Positions 39,492-53,200 of a DNA stretch of 64,000 bases are shown here, in pieces. The notes beneath the pieces were generated by a model. That model searched no databases. It saw only the letters and a list, made by a program, of their open reading frames with translations, and was not told the origin of the DNA. Each line of letters starts with the position of its first letter. Position 1 is the stretch's first letter. The position numbers and the translations under genes were made by a program. The DNA is taken from the NCBI RefSeq assembly GCF_964204645.1, contig NC_134031.1:14123807-14187806 (forward strand), written 5' to 3'. The DNA comes from Tubulanus polymorphus. Taxonomy: Eukaryota; Animalia; Nemertea.

Positions 39492-40294
39492 ATAACACAA
39501 CACAATGTCACTATTTCTAATACCAATTCAACTTCTATTTTGAGATCAAGGTTTTTCTTCGGTTAAGGTTTTAGGGTACATATATAGTCTGTTTTTTTTT
39601 TTTGCTGGCCTGTGGCGTCCACCACTCAGATTTCATTTATAAGATGGACGCGGGGTGCCGCAGGCGCCCGGAGGATGTCCCTTTAGTAAACCCGTATATG
39701 TAGATACTACGAAGTGTCTTCTTAACCGATTCTGACTAGCTGACAAAGTCAGAAAAATGACGTCACTTGACGTCCGGTTTGAATCTCATGGGGATATTGG
39801 AAGTAGAATTACGTCACCCTAAAATCCGGCAGCAAAATAACTAAAATCTGGCAACTTTTGGATAGGTTGATTTCAGAATTTATTCATTTTGTGATAACAC
39901 AACACAATGTCACTATTTCTAATACCAATTCAACTTCTATTTTGAGATCAAGGTTTTTCTTCGGTTAAGGTTTTAGGGTACATATATAGTCTGTTTTTTT
40001 TTTTGCTGGCCTGTGGCGTCCACCACTCAGATTTCATTTATAAGATGGACGCGGGGTGCCGCAGGCGCCCGGAGGATGTCCCTTTAGTAAACCCGTATAT
40101 GTAGATACTACGAAGTGTCTTCTTAACCGATTCTGACTAGCTGACAAAGTCAGAAAAATGACGTCACTTGACCTCCGGTTTGAATCTCATGGGGATATTG
40201 GAAGTAGAATTACGTCACAAAATCCGGCAGCAAAATAACTAAAATCTGGCAACTTTTGGATAGGTTGATTTCAGAATTTATTCATTTTGTGATA
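39492..40294. repeat. Direct tandem duplication, ~402-bp unit x2
   Basis: Copy 2 starts at 39894; differences seen: GACGTCC/GACCTCC and a 3-bp indel. Confidence 0.92.
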
Positions 40295-40899
40295 GTTAGA
40301 ACAAGATTGGGTTGTTGAATAGTTTAACAATGAACCACGTTGATGGAACGAGTTGAAAAGAGCTGAAATCCCCTTAGCAAAATAACAAACAACGCCCGCT
40401 GGTTCAGCGCCGCAGGTTCAAATCCTGGAGAATTATGCTAGCGCACGGAGTAGTTAATCCCAAGCCACGGCACAAAAGAAACGTTTATTTCATAAAATCG
40501 GCAAGGAAGAGTGCCCCAAAACGTCACTTTTCTGACGCCTTGGTATTTTCTGAAGTGACATATGCATGTAATTCATGGAGGGAGGCAGGCTAAGTCAACG
40601 TCGAAGCGACCGAACCAAAAGTAGGTTATTTTATTCAAACATATATTTAGTTGGAGTTATTCCACTTAGTGTATTTAGTTTCTTCTACAAAAAATTACTA
40701 CTCACAGTCTACGATAAAATGATAATGAAATCTAATACGAGCTGAGAGCGTGTGTGAGACAGGCTCTAAAGACTAGGTCATTACCCGAACACCAAAAGTA
40801 TTAAATGGTCTGGTGTTAAACCTTTAAACGGAAAAACTCGGCATTTCCACAAGGCTCTGTGTAAGATAGATATTCAAAACTACTGACACCATATGCGTC

Positions 40900-41280
40900 C
40901 AGTTATGTTCAGCGGCAATTAGATCGAATGACTAATGTAAAAATGCTAGAAAAGATAGCGGATAACGTTGCCAAAATTGATTCTGTGTCATTGACAGATA
41001 ACTTGACTGTTAGCGACGTTAATTGTGAATGTGGTTTTATGACTTGTATGCGTCTTCCTTGTCGCCATGCCCTCGCCACCAGAAAGTTTCTTGATATGGA
41101 TGTGTTTTCCGTGGACCTTTGCAATAAGTGATGGTGGCAAAGTGAATATTTCAAGGAGCAAAGAGTGTTCGTGATGACCGATGAAAATGTAAATCCAAGT
41201 CACGATGTTATCGTCCATAATACTAGCCAGTCTCGTGTATTGAATGAGCATGAAAATTACAGAAAGGCATTTAAGGTGGT
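40900..41280 (+). pseudogene. MULE transposase C-terminal relic with SWIM finger
   Basis: CECGFMTCMRLPCRHALA (CxC...CxH), followed by VLNEHE.YRKA. Confidence 0.6.
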
Positions 41281-41399
41281 ACTATGCCAGAAATTCAGCA
41301 ATTTTTAAAGAATTTTCAAAATCGAGATAGCTCATTTAGATACATTTTAATGTGTAGAATGTGCCCATAATATGAGGAGCTGTGCCCATAATATGAGTA

Positions 41400-41690
41400 G
41401 CACCCATAAGTTGAGTAGTTGTGAAGAAAAAATTGGTTCTGTAAGTGATAATTATGTGAACTTTCCTACTGATAACAACTTAAAACAAGTTAAAGAAGGC
41501 TTTATGTTCATTGATGTATCAATTTTAACAAACATTGTGATAAATATTGCTAGCTGCCATGATTGTTGTGCGAAAGTTGATAGTTGGGTTGACGTTGTAG
41601 ATAAGGTTTTGCTAAAAAAAATAGTGATTTCGTGTGTTGCATGTCCATGTAAACAGACTTCTTATACATTCAAATCAATTAAGATACCAT
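41400..41690 (+). pseudogene. N-terminal fragment of a Kolobok-Hydra-like transposase
   Basis: GFMFIDVSIL...SCHDC...ISCVACP parallels GNIIMDLSVL...CLEC...KC...C of the 30767 ORF. Confidence 0.5.
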
Positions 41691-42557
41691 CATTTCTTTC
41701 ATTGAAAGGAGTTTCAAGAATACTTTTCATCTAAAGTTCCTTTATGATTTAAAACTGTATTAAATATGTTAGGATTTTTGATTCGATTATCTATTAGTTC
41801 AATAATTACATATGCTTCATTTGATTGATTGATTGATTATAGTAGTATTATCGATTTGTCTTCCATACACTAAATTTGTTGCTGAAATATAACTTTTAAT
41901 GTTAAATGATGAAAATAAGTTATCATAATTCCTTTTTCTAATATGATTTTTAGATTTTAAATGTTCTTGATAATATCTTTTGTTAATGAATGATTGATTA
42001 CACGTATCACATTTATATATTTCTTTTTCATTCTTTAATTCATCTAATTTAGTTTCTAATATGTCATCTTCATATTCTAATTTCAATTAATCTTCTAAAT
42101 GAGATTTAGTTTTATTATGTCTTGCTTTTGAGATTTATCTATATTGATTTTACATGGTGGACAGTAGTACTTCGTATTTGCTTCAATTTTAATATCAAAT
42201 TTTCTATTAAAATTGATTTAATATTATTCAAAATCTATATCATGGTGTCCTTTTTCATTCTTATCTTTATATATAAAATAGAAATCACCAGAACATAAAT
42301 CTTCACTAGATAATCTATGAAATCTATCCAGTAAATATGTTCTGAATTTATATTTATTTCCTTTTAATCCTTCATATTCTAAGTGAATAACTAATTTAAC
42401 TCCATATTTGTTAGTAATTGTTTCAATATTTGTAATTAAATATTTCTTATGTAATGTTAATTCTGTAAATTTTTTTGAATTTATAATCTACAGATTTGAC
42501 ATTTGTAGTATCTTTGATTCTATTTAAGAATTCACTGTGTATTTGTTTACTCTCCAT
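41690..42557 (-). pseudogene. AT-rich virus/Polinton-like relic: small TNKYG protein plus a double Zn-finger protein
   Basis: 42557-42224: MESKQ...KK/FTELTLHKKYLITNIETITNKYG...YFIYKDKNEKGHHDIDFE* (one frameshift); then YYCPPC...H.KTKSH and YKCDTCNQSF...HLKSKNH; intronless and compact. Confidence 0.45.
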
Positions 42558-42660
42558 TTTAATAACATATTTTTCATTAAATTGATTTCATTTAATATAA
42601 TATTCATAAATTTGAATATTATTAGAGTAATAGGGAATGAGTTGTTTCATATCAAATGTT

Positions 42661-42743
42661 GAAGGGGCGAGTGAGAAAAAAATAAAAAATAAATTCGAGC
42701 ATGCGAGAATTTATTTTTTATTTTTTATTAAGCTCGACCCTTC
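42661..42743. repeat. Long hairpin / palindrome
   Basis: 20-bp perfect stem AAAAAATAAAAAATAAATTC / GAATTTATTTTTTATTTTTT with a GCATGC-containing loop; outer GAAGGGGCGAG / CTCGACCCTTC (10/11). Confidence 0.85.
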
Positions 42744-43706
42744 GAAAAAAACATTGACATCCTGTCGCCAGAACTAGAATAGCTAAAAAAGTATGTAAAA
42801 TTACGTCAGTCGTGTAAAGAATGTCAAAGGAGACAGTCCAACGTTATAGAAAGTAAAATAAAATAGCGATATATCGGTAAAGAAAGTTTAAGTATTTTAA
42901 AATCCTAGATCCACTCCTATAATCGAGTATCCCTCCGTCTGTGTTTATGTTGTGGCTATACAAACTAAAACATGCAAGGAGAGGCATCATGTTTATTACT
43001 CAAGATGACACTTAAATTTTAAGTGTCATCTATAACGTTCAGGACATTTTTGATTGTTATAGTCCCGTGATATTTTAGGGCTAACCGGAATAGCCGTTGC
43101 ACCAGCAGTTCACATAGATACCTGGTGCAAAAATAAACGATATCTCCATTAGAACCACTTACTGGTAACAGCAAGTACTTGTGGGCCTGTAGGTGATCAT
43201 AGCAAGGTGTACGCAATAAATTAGCAGAAGCCGATGACAAGTAATTAATTAAGCCTTTGCGCAGCATTCGTAGTCAATGCCCATGCGTAATTACTCCAAA
43301 AGTGATGACAGCAAAATGCGCTCTTGTGCGAGGGCTGAAAATTCTGCTACTGGTGTTTAGGCTAAGAAATAATCCCCTCTTCAAATCACCACTGATTTTA
43401 AATCCCCCTCTCTGATGCTTGAAGAAAGCAAGTTATTACCATTGTCCACCCGTAAATTAAATAATGTTTGGTATAAAACTCAACTTGGCGTATTTTGCTG
43501 TTGTTTCCGCATTTTATCATTTATTGATTGTTTCAGTTTCTCAGTTTTAGGCAAAAAAATGATACCTTGTTACCCATTCTCCGACCGAGTCACATAAATT
43601 AACGGCAAAAATCCAAAAAATAAATGCTGCCGACCGGGCCTATTACCTTCTTATTTTTATGATGCAGATAAAAACCGGCCGGGTGGGTCAATATAAGTAG
43701 TATGTA

Positions 43707-44561
43707 CAGAGAGTCTAGAGCCAAAGTACCAAAATTCCGGAATTTAGAACGGGGGTCTTTTTGCGTTTTTCCTTCGCCGGAAATGCGTTCTAGAGCGATC
43801 TGAAAATACAACGGCAGGCATTCGTTGTGCTTCACATCCCTCGCTGCTTATGCCGCGCGCTATCCGGGTGACGAAGAATATCTTTTTTCCCGCCACTACC
43901 GAATTTGACCTGGTCTTTACAAACGACGCAGTACGCCACGCCAGCTAAGTCTAACTTACGAATGTAGTTCGATAAGTAGTCCCCATTACTGTCCTTACAC
44001 TCTAGCCAGTGCCAGTTAAATATATTTTTTACACCGCTGTCAATTGCCTTTATATCGGCCGACTCCCGACTGACAATCTTTCCATGCGGGCTCATTTTGC
44101 AGACCGTCCCGCTTGACAGCTGCAGGCAAAAAGAAAGTTTCAAAGCTGCGTGCCTCAGGACATAGCACGCACGTGGTAATAATTAAGATGATATTTATTA
44201 GATATCATCTTAATTAGTACCACGTGCATCTTCACATTGTTGGCTGTCAGCGGGACGATGTACAACGGCGCGTAAAGATAATTGACTTTTAATTGGAAAT
44301 GGCGTCACAACAGTGGCGCTCCGCCTACGCACGCACAGATACCACAACAAGCACACATATATACATTGTAGCAGAACGTCCTCGGAAACAGAGACCAAGA
44401 TAAAATAACACAGAAGCGACGACGAGTACAAGCAAACGAACGCTTTTACGGTCCGTGCCATTACTGGTCGCCGCGAAGAATTCTCACCCAATTTCCGGAA
44501 TTGACATCGGCGATCCTAAATTTCCGGAATTCCGGATTTTTCCGGAAAACTAGCATCACTG
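43707..44561 (-). mobile_element. Internally deleted hAT-like element with 6-bp TSD
   Basis: CAGAGAGTCTAG / CTAGCATCACTG; TATGTA on both sides; TTCCGGAA subterminal motifs; retains a Zn-finger N-terminus AYCVVCK...GKKDILRH..S.RH (44143-43832). Confidence 0.8.
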
Positions 44562-45725
44562 TATGTAACGATTTTACTTGTTTGAAATCAGATGCCGAAT
44601 AGTGTGAGGTCGGGACTCGAACCTATGACAACACTCCTGGTTTAGTATCGCCGATGTTCCAGAACCCGTAACGTCGACTGGTGTCCAGACTTCTGGATTA
44701 GTCTTGACACCTTTGCTACCAGAAATACACTCAATCATTTTGACTTTGTCACTCAATCATTTTGACTTTCGAAACTCTAGTTTCATAAAGAAATTTAATA
44801 AAAATGTTTTTGAAGTTGAAATTTAAAATCAGATTCAAATTGGAAATATAAGGTAATTTATATTTGGTTCATGCTAATGATAATGATTCTTGTCTGGGAT
44901 TTGGAGATTTTTATAATTTCATTTTTTATTCATAGCATTTGATTAGTATTTTCGCCCGATTGAATCACGGCAACTTCCCATACTAATTGCATTTCTTCGA
45001 TATTTACTAAAGCTTATTCTATAGAACGCTTTGTGGCCACGGGAGAAAAAATCACGGTAGTTGGGAATGGTCTGGCTGCTAAACTAGGCAGAGTCTCTTG
45101 CTTATTGTTTCCATTCTGGCTATTTAGAAAAATAGTTGATTAGTTAACGTACCCTCGAAGATAGGAATGATCCAACATCTGGAAATCAAACTAGACCTAC
45201 AGGTATACTATAATGGTATTTGACAAACAGTAAGAACTTCTAAAAACCATATCCTGTACATCTTTTTTATCTTAAAAATTTCAGTGGAAACTGTAAAAGG
45301 CCGGCCTGATGGAAATATGTCAAGTTTCATACTTTTTTATGGATAAAAATAAAATGCTGCCTGCCTGGTCACTTATGGGCATACAGTTTTTCTCTATAGA
45401 TGAGAAACAAGGTATCATTTTTGGCCTTATATATAGGTTTCGAAAGGTTTCGAATTGTTTTACCAGTGTCCCCGTACACAATCACAGTTCGGTAATGTGC
45501 AGCAATACGCCATCTATCAAAAAAGAAGTATTTTTCGAACTGATCTGCAATTTTGCACCGTGACTGATAGTTATATTTATTTGTAGGAATCCTGCAATAA
45601 CATTCAAAATGAAGTTGATTTGACTAGCTCATCGAATTCGAGTTGCATAGAATCGACCATATCCTCACTGATAACATATGCTGATATTGTTAAAGTCATG
45701 CAAACCTCTTTGTTAGTCGCTTCTG

Positions 45726-46887
45726 AAGACCAGAAAGAAACTTTCCATGATGGGTTTCTGTGTAATTGTTTCTGTTTCATTCACCGAACTCGCTGTCAAA
45801 AAGGCGATTCTCGATATAAATAGTAATGGGTTTTCCCCGCGGGATACCCGCTTTGGGAAAGGCACCTGAATCGATGCTACGAGTTCGAATCCCAATATTA
45901 AGACGTAATCTATTATTCTTTGAAATAAATTCTTAGAATTTCTATTTATGATAGGATGTGCAGGTTTTGATTTGGTAATGATGTTAATAAAAGTTAACCT
46001 CTTGAGGTATTGTTTTCTATCTATTATTTGTGACGGATTAGTTTCGATGCTCCTCACAACCCGCCCCACCACGTGTCACTTATTCACGGACACGCGGATT
46101 GCATCATATGTAATAGGCCTACCACATGACAGAGTCCATGGCCTACCATAGAATAGTAGGGCCTACCGATCACGCTATGTGCGATGAAAGTAGTGATTGA
46201 ATAAAACAAATTTTTAATGAAATAAACATTATTTATCATAATTAATCAATAGATCAGGTGCCGCCTAAATAATTGTTTGGTTCGTGAAATTTGTACAAAA
46301 CTTTGCGACTTCGTCATGTCTTGTGACCCTGAAAATACTAGAAGAATCATCGGTAAGCTTATAAAACGGCGAGGTCAACATAGTAACAACAACTTCGGGG
46401 ATTGAAAAAAAAAACTCGAAAGAATTAATTCTTATACTGATGAGTTATACTGATGGGGAGTAGCGACCGTCATTGACACCGGTTATTTATCCATTCACTA
46501 TCAAATGTGACGAGCCCAATAAATGATTGCGCATAGATTCGGCCTCTCAGCATTTAGCACAGCAGTTCCGAGAAGTGTTAAGACCGATCAGCGCGCGCGC
46601 TATCTAAAACCGGTGCTAGTACGATCAATATCTACAGGTATATACGTGTTCAGTATTACACAGCGAGTACCAGTATGTTGATCGAGCGTCGTCGTAGCAA
46701 CGCGCTATACAGCGGCTTGAACTAGCGAGTAACGTTAATTATCTTTTAACCAAAATAGAGCACTTATAACCATCGGAATCAAATATAAACCAAGCTGCAC
46801 CATCTACATCAAGTAGAGAATACCTGTGTGAAATTACAGAATTGTCGGTCCACACAAACAGCTTATATCGTGTCATAAAGAAACATC

Positions 46888-46927
<40 letters not shown>

Positions 46928-46977
46928 TGACGACGATGCCATAGATGGGTTCGTCTGACGACGAAACCCATCAAAAA
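45726..46977 (-). mobile_element. HINE-type Helentron non-autonomous element
   Basis: GAAAGAAACTTTC palindrome + subTIR TGATGGGTTTC (45748); other end (ACAG)n microsatellite, hairpin GATGGGTT...AACCCATC and subTIR GAAACCCATCA. Confidence 0.75.
46890..46927. repeat. (ACAG)n microsatellite within the HINE
   Basis: ACAGACGGACAGACAGACAG... about 9 units. Confidence 0.9.
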
Positions 46978-47278
46978 CAACAGCAGCAGTAGCAGCATTG
47001 ACAAGGAAATTGATAAAGATGCATTTAAAAAAATAAGGCCAAATATATTCGGCTGACATCGAATGCAGCAACATCGTTATGGTCAAAATCCTCATTGATG
47101 TCCCCAACGTATGCTGACATATTGAAGGCTAAACCACAATCAAGCAGTGGGTCTAAAAGTCAACCGGAAATGGAATCTAGAGCTGTGCCAGAAAGTAAGA
47201 ATAAAGCCGATTCAGTAGTGAAACACTACCTGTATGTGTTGATCAAAGGAATAGTGAAATAATGCACACAACCAGCGA

Positions 47279-50200
47279 GTGAAATCACCCTCTAATGATT
47301 TTTCTACACATAGCTCGCTGGATGAATCGGAAATTGAGCCTATGGAACGCTCAAATGAATCAGCAGTGCGAAACGATATAGAGTCGTTGAATGATATTTC
47401 ATCACTTTCGCCATATCGCCATTCCGACATATTGAGAACAAATCCACAATCAAGCGGCGAGACTAAAAAAGAATCCGAACGGGAATCTACACCTGAAATA
47501 ACAGTAGCACCGGAAGTAAGGACACCACCTCAATATGCGGAGCAACAAAGAACTGTAAAACCCCCATCGTAGGACAAAGTTATGCGAAACCAACAGGCGT
47601 ATGTCCGCCATGAAGAAAAAATAAACGGACCTAATCGGATGACAACAATTGACGAACATGACGTTGAACCAATCAATACAAAAAACATAGAATTTAAACG
47701 GAATCCACCACGGCATAAACGTGAACGTTATACCGACTTTTATCGTCCAACGGTCTTCCATCGCTTAGACAGTGGGAATATTAAATACTGCTACTGCCAG
47801 GAACCGAACGATGGGGATCCTATGGTGGAGTGCGATTATTGTTGCAAATGGTATCACTATCGATGTCTGTTTTCAGACATTGACACGCAAAATTTTACAG
47901 ATGAAACAGCCGTATTCTGCTGTTCCAGATGCACCTCTACTTTCATTCGTGGTTCTAGCAAACGGGGCATCGAGAACATAAAAAACACATGTTGGCTAAT
48001 ATCGGCAATACAGGCATTTTTGTCAACAAGTTATGCCGGATTTCTGCGGACAATGGATGTCGAGCAACCTGTGCAACGGGTAACTGATGTTGTTCAAAGG
48101 AAAATCCTTCGGATAAAAGATCAACTGTCATGCATTATACAAATGGTTTGTACTGATACGTTTGATGAACCGTATGTGGGAAGAGAATTTATGGACACCT
48201 TGATTGAAAGTGTTAATGAACTCCTTCCTGGAGTAACTAACGCTATCATGTTTGATTGTGACGATTTTGTACGCCAAATATTGACAAAACTGCTTGTGAT
48301 GTTCGATCGCAAGGAAAAACTTTGAAGAAGAACACAGAGACTGTCGATGCCCATGTCAACATTGTGAACCACTGAGTCAGCGTGAAACAGAAGTCAGATA
48401 TGTACAAAAGATAATTAATCTGCCAAAAACGCTGATCGTAAGTATGGCCCGTTGCAGGATTAACTATGAGGACGGATCACTTTTTAAGAACATGGACCCG
48501 ATGAAGCCGTCGTCGATATTAGATATGACATCATTCATGGGTGCTGACGCACCGCAGTATGCACCTCGGTGTTACTGGTTGTCCGCAGTTATTGTGCATC
48601 GAGGTTTCGCAGCAGATAGTGGTCATTATGTAACCTATCGATTCAACCGCGATGGTACCATAACTTTATTCGGTGACAGCGCGGTCAAAATTGTTCACCC
48701 ACAATTAGCGAATGTGGATATCACTATCAATGGACAAATGTTCATATATACAATAGATAACATCCACTGTGACGGGATACCAAAAACACAGGCCGAATAT
48801 TTGAAAGAAGGTAAACAAATGGAAAACCTATCTATTTCACCACGGAAGTGCCGGTCACCAAATTCTCCTGAAACGATTCATGAATACAAAAGTCCATCGT
48901 TCGAAGATAAAACGGTAAGTAGCGTAACGATGACAGACGATGACATTCCGAGTCACAGGACATTGGAGGCGCTTTCAAATACAATAGTAGAAATTGATGC
49001 ATATGAAGCTCCGAGACCCGAACCGGCACTATTTCAGTTAAAGGTTGACGAATGGAATGAACTCATAAAAAATGCAACTGTTATAACATCAAAGAAAAAG
49101 CCAGCTCAAAGACAAAGATATCTACCACCTAGTTGGTTAAACATTTTTTATGAGTATATAAAAGAAAGCAATCCACATTGTACCATACAATTCAAGGGTC
49201 ACCGAGTACGAGCAGCAAAATCAAGAAAAAGAAATGCTCCCTTATTTACAGCAACGGGTTATTGCAGCATTGGAAAGAACGAAGAATATGTGAGGGAGTG
49301 TCCTTGTTCTATAAAACTGGTGATGAATGTTCAATTAAATTACATAGTTACATACACAGGTACACGAGAAAGGTTGCTATAGCCGTAGATATTTCAGAGC
49401 AAATGAGGAGATGAGATGAAAGCACAATTACTGGATGAAAAGCACCCCAGTAAATTACAAGATAGACATACCAGTCAACTTACAAAAACACAGCTAGCTT
49501 CCGGCAATTGGTCAGGTGCAACTGTATCCAGTGATGTTTATAGAAGTATACAACATGAAGGCAGAAGAGGACTTCAAATGAATGATGATGTGTGGAAGAG
49601 TCTTCAAAATTGAAGATGGACTCGATGATGAGGACTTACCAGGATATATACATCATATTGTAATAGATCCGGCCACCATACATCTCTATTCCCACGCAGG
49701 AATTAAAGCATATCACGACCTTGCAACAAACTTTCCCATATATTATGATTTAACGGGGTCAATTAAAAGGAAGCAAAAAGATGGACCAGATTACTACTAT
49801 CATGCATTAGTTATTCATAATCCAAACGTCAAACCAAGCACTCCTTTAGCAATAGCTGAGATGATAACCCGAAGCCAAAATGCACCAACAATTATATCAT
49901 TGTTGGCAAACATCCAGCACGCTGAAAAACGAATTTACGGGTACAAAAATACGATATCGCCATGCATTATTTCAGCTGATAGAAGCGCAACATTTTTGTT
50001 AGCCTGGTCGAAAATGATTAATTCTCAAGATGTTGCAGATCACCTGCAGAGAGCGTACCGAATAGTAACCGGTGAAGCTTCAAAAGATGATTTAGGAAAA
50101 ACCATATACCATATGGGATGTTGCCACCTTATGAAGGATGCTTAAGTAATGGTGAAAAAGTACTATGTAGCAAATTATCGACTCGGCATATAGATTTTCA

Positions 50201-53200
50201 GCTTACTGGCAAATGTCTCTAACCCTGTGCGTACATATGATGCACCGGTGCATCACTAAATTTGGGGGTTCATAGGTCACATGAGAGTAACTAAAATATC
50301 CTCTTCATACCGTTGATTCATCTGAGAATCACTTGTAGTTCCTCTAGCTGTGCACAGATGGCAGCACCATACGACACTGTTCAGTTCTCACCGAACAAAG
50401 ATGGCAGCCTCCATGGAAGCTTTTGTTTCATGAAAATTGCTGTTCAATCAGACCCCAATATACCTACATAAAGGTAAGTAAGCCACTGAAACCAAGTTAT
50501 AATAAAAATATAACTACTATAGTATATATAGAATGACTTAAGAGTTATATATAAGCAAAAGTCACTTTTTAATAACTTGGATTATTTAACTGATCCACCA
50601 GTGCATCAAAGGTGTGTCGAGTGTCAGTGACACACAAGTCGGCGCCCACAAGTCTTGTCGAATTTTGCAGCGACTACTATGCAATTTTTTTTTACAGATG
50701 GAAAGAAAGAAAAGACTACAGGTGAATGATATCTTAGAAGCTGTACTGGCCTCAGACAGTGAATTTGAAGGCCTGTCAGATGAAGAGAATGATGAAGATG
50801 ATGCCTGGCCAGATGATCATGACGCTGTTTCTGTAGAATCTGATGATGATGATGAAACATGGAGTTCTTCTGACGATGAATTATTGTCTTCAAATGCGTC
50901 AAGTTCTAATATTCGCCAAAATATATGACTGTCGGTAAACAAAAAGAACATTTTAATTTTGAAGAACGCAGACCATTTGTGCCTCCTATATATACTGCGT
51001 TCAAACCAGTTCCAATAACTCCGCCACCAGATATAGAGATGACTCCCTATGAACGTTTCAAATCCTTAGTTACTGATGAAATGCTACAAAACATTGTTTC
51101 AGAAACCAACAAATACTCGGTTGAGAAAGATGGACAGTCTATGAAAATAACAGTCCATGAACTGGAGACATACATCGGTATCTATTTCTACATGGGATTG
51201 GTGAAAATGCCAGCAGTGACATCCTATTGGGAAGGTGGGACCAAGTATCCCAATATTTCTGATGAAATGGGGCGAAAATCGATTTACAAAGATTGCATCG
51301 AGGTTGCATTTTGTCGACAACAATAAAATAACCGACGATGAAAAGAATGATGATCATGTTTGGAAATAGAGACCTTGGATAAAAGCGTTACGCTCTAACT
51401 TTCGAGATATTTCTAGCGAAGAATATCAAAGCATTGATGAAATTATGGTTGCATTTAAGGGCCATAACCTTCTGCGACAATACATGCAGAAAAAACCGAA
51501 AAAGTGGCGATTTAAACTGTGGGGCCGCTGTGGTGTCTCTGGTATATGTCAGGATTTTGAAGTCTACCAAGGAAAAGGCACTGGCATTGATAATGAACTA
51601 GCTCCTGGCTGTGGTTTAGGGGGCAGTGTAGTCCTGCAGTTGTGCGCGGGTCTACCCCTAGGTCACCAGTACAAGATATTTAGCGATAATTATTTTACAA
51701 ATTTTGAAGTTGCTGTTCAAGTCAGAGAGCGGCGTATTGGACAGTTTCTAGGAACCATCCAGGCAAACAGAACACATAAAGCTCCATTAAAAACTGACAA
51801 GCAAATGGCGAAGCTTCCCTGCGGTTCAGTTAGTTCAGTTTATGACAAAGACTGACAGCTTGTGCTTGTGAGGTGGATGGACAATAAATGTGTCACACTG
51901 CTCTCAACATATGTAGGTGTCGAACCTACAGACACTGTGAATCGTTACGACAAGTCGACAAAAACCAAAATTGATGTGAAACATCCAGCCATTGTCCAAG
52001 TCTATAATGAAAACATGGGCGGATTGGACTTGCTTGATATGTTATGTACATTGTATAAATAGCTTAATCGAAGCAAACGGTGGTATCTTTACATATATTA
52101 CCACACCCTTACAATGGCTATGGTCAATTCATGGCTACTCTATCGGAGAGACTGCAGGCTACTAAATGTGAAAAAGACTATTCCACTGAAAGTGTTTCAA
52201 GCTGATGTTGCTGCAGCCCTCATAAAAGCTGGTAAAATCGCCCGTGTTGGACGGCCATCACTCGCAACTCTGAAGTCGCCACCTGCAAAAAGGAAGCGTG
52301 CAGTTCCAATACCAGTGAATGACGTACTCATTGGCCAGTGTATGATGAAAAGCGACTAAGATGCAGACATTGTACAAAGTATACGAACATTAAGTGCACA
52401 AAATGCCAAGTGGCTTTATGCCTTGTAAACACTAGGAATTGCTTTGTGGCATTCCATCAGAAATAAATTTCTATTACTGTAGATTATATTAGATATGATT
52501 TTTTGACTCATTTTAATTGAAAAAAAAACAAGCGAAGATAATTTTTAGTGGGTAAATTATTCAACCATAGTTACCAGTACATACCAATGATTCACCGGTG
52601 CATCAAATGTAAAAAGTAGGTCAACTGAGGTGATTTTTTAAAATTAAATTGTTTTTGGCATTCCCCTAGGATGTAAGTTTTCAAAGGTTATAATTTTTGC
52701 AACAGTAGAACTGGTGGTGGTATGCGTAGGGTTTTAACCTGAAATGTTTTGAAGATCTATACTACAGTATTTGTTACGTATTGATTTCACAAAAAAACTC
52801 ACCAAAAACTGCTGAGCACATGAATAGACAGCAAGCTGCACCGGAAACATTGGGCACAGAGGAAGAAGATGTTATAAAAAGCACCTATGTTGAACCCGAG
52901 GTAAAAAATAACAATGGGGATGTCTAATCGTTTGACAGAAGAAGAATTCATTCATTTGAACAAAACTTCGTCATTTGCTAAAATGGGTAAGAAAATACTG
53001 GAGAGTATGCGAGCGGATATCTTGACAGAACGTGCAAACGAGTACATTGAGGAAAACCCTACAGTATCAGAAACATTAATGAAGAAGATACAAAGTCATT
53101 ACATTCCGACTATACCATTATGGTCTAACATGCTGCATGGGGACCTAAGACGACACTTCCCAAACGGAAGTTTGCAGCGTGAATTCGTTCGCCTCACCGT

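Noticed and set aside
44595-44725. B-box and A-box-like motifs on the minus strand
   Set aside because: Spacing is ~90 nt with no cloverleaf; too weak to call a tRNA or SINE.
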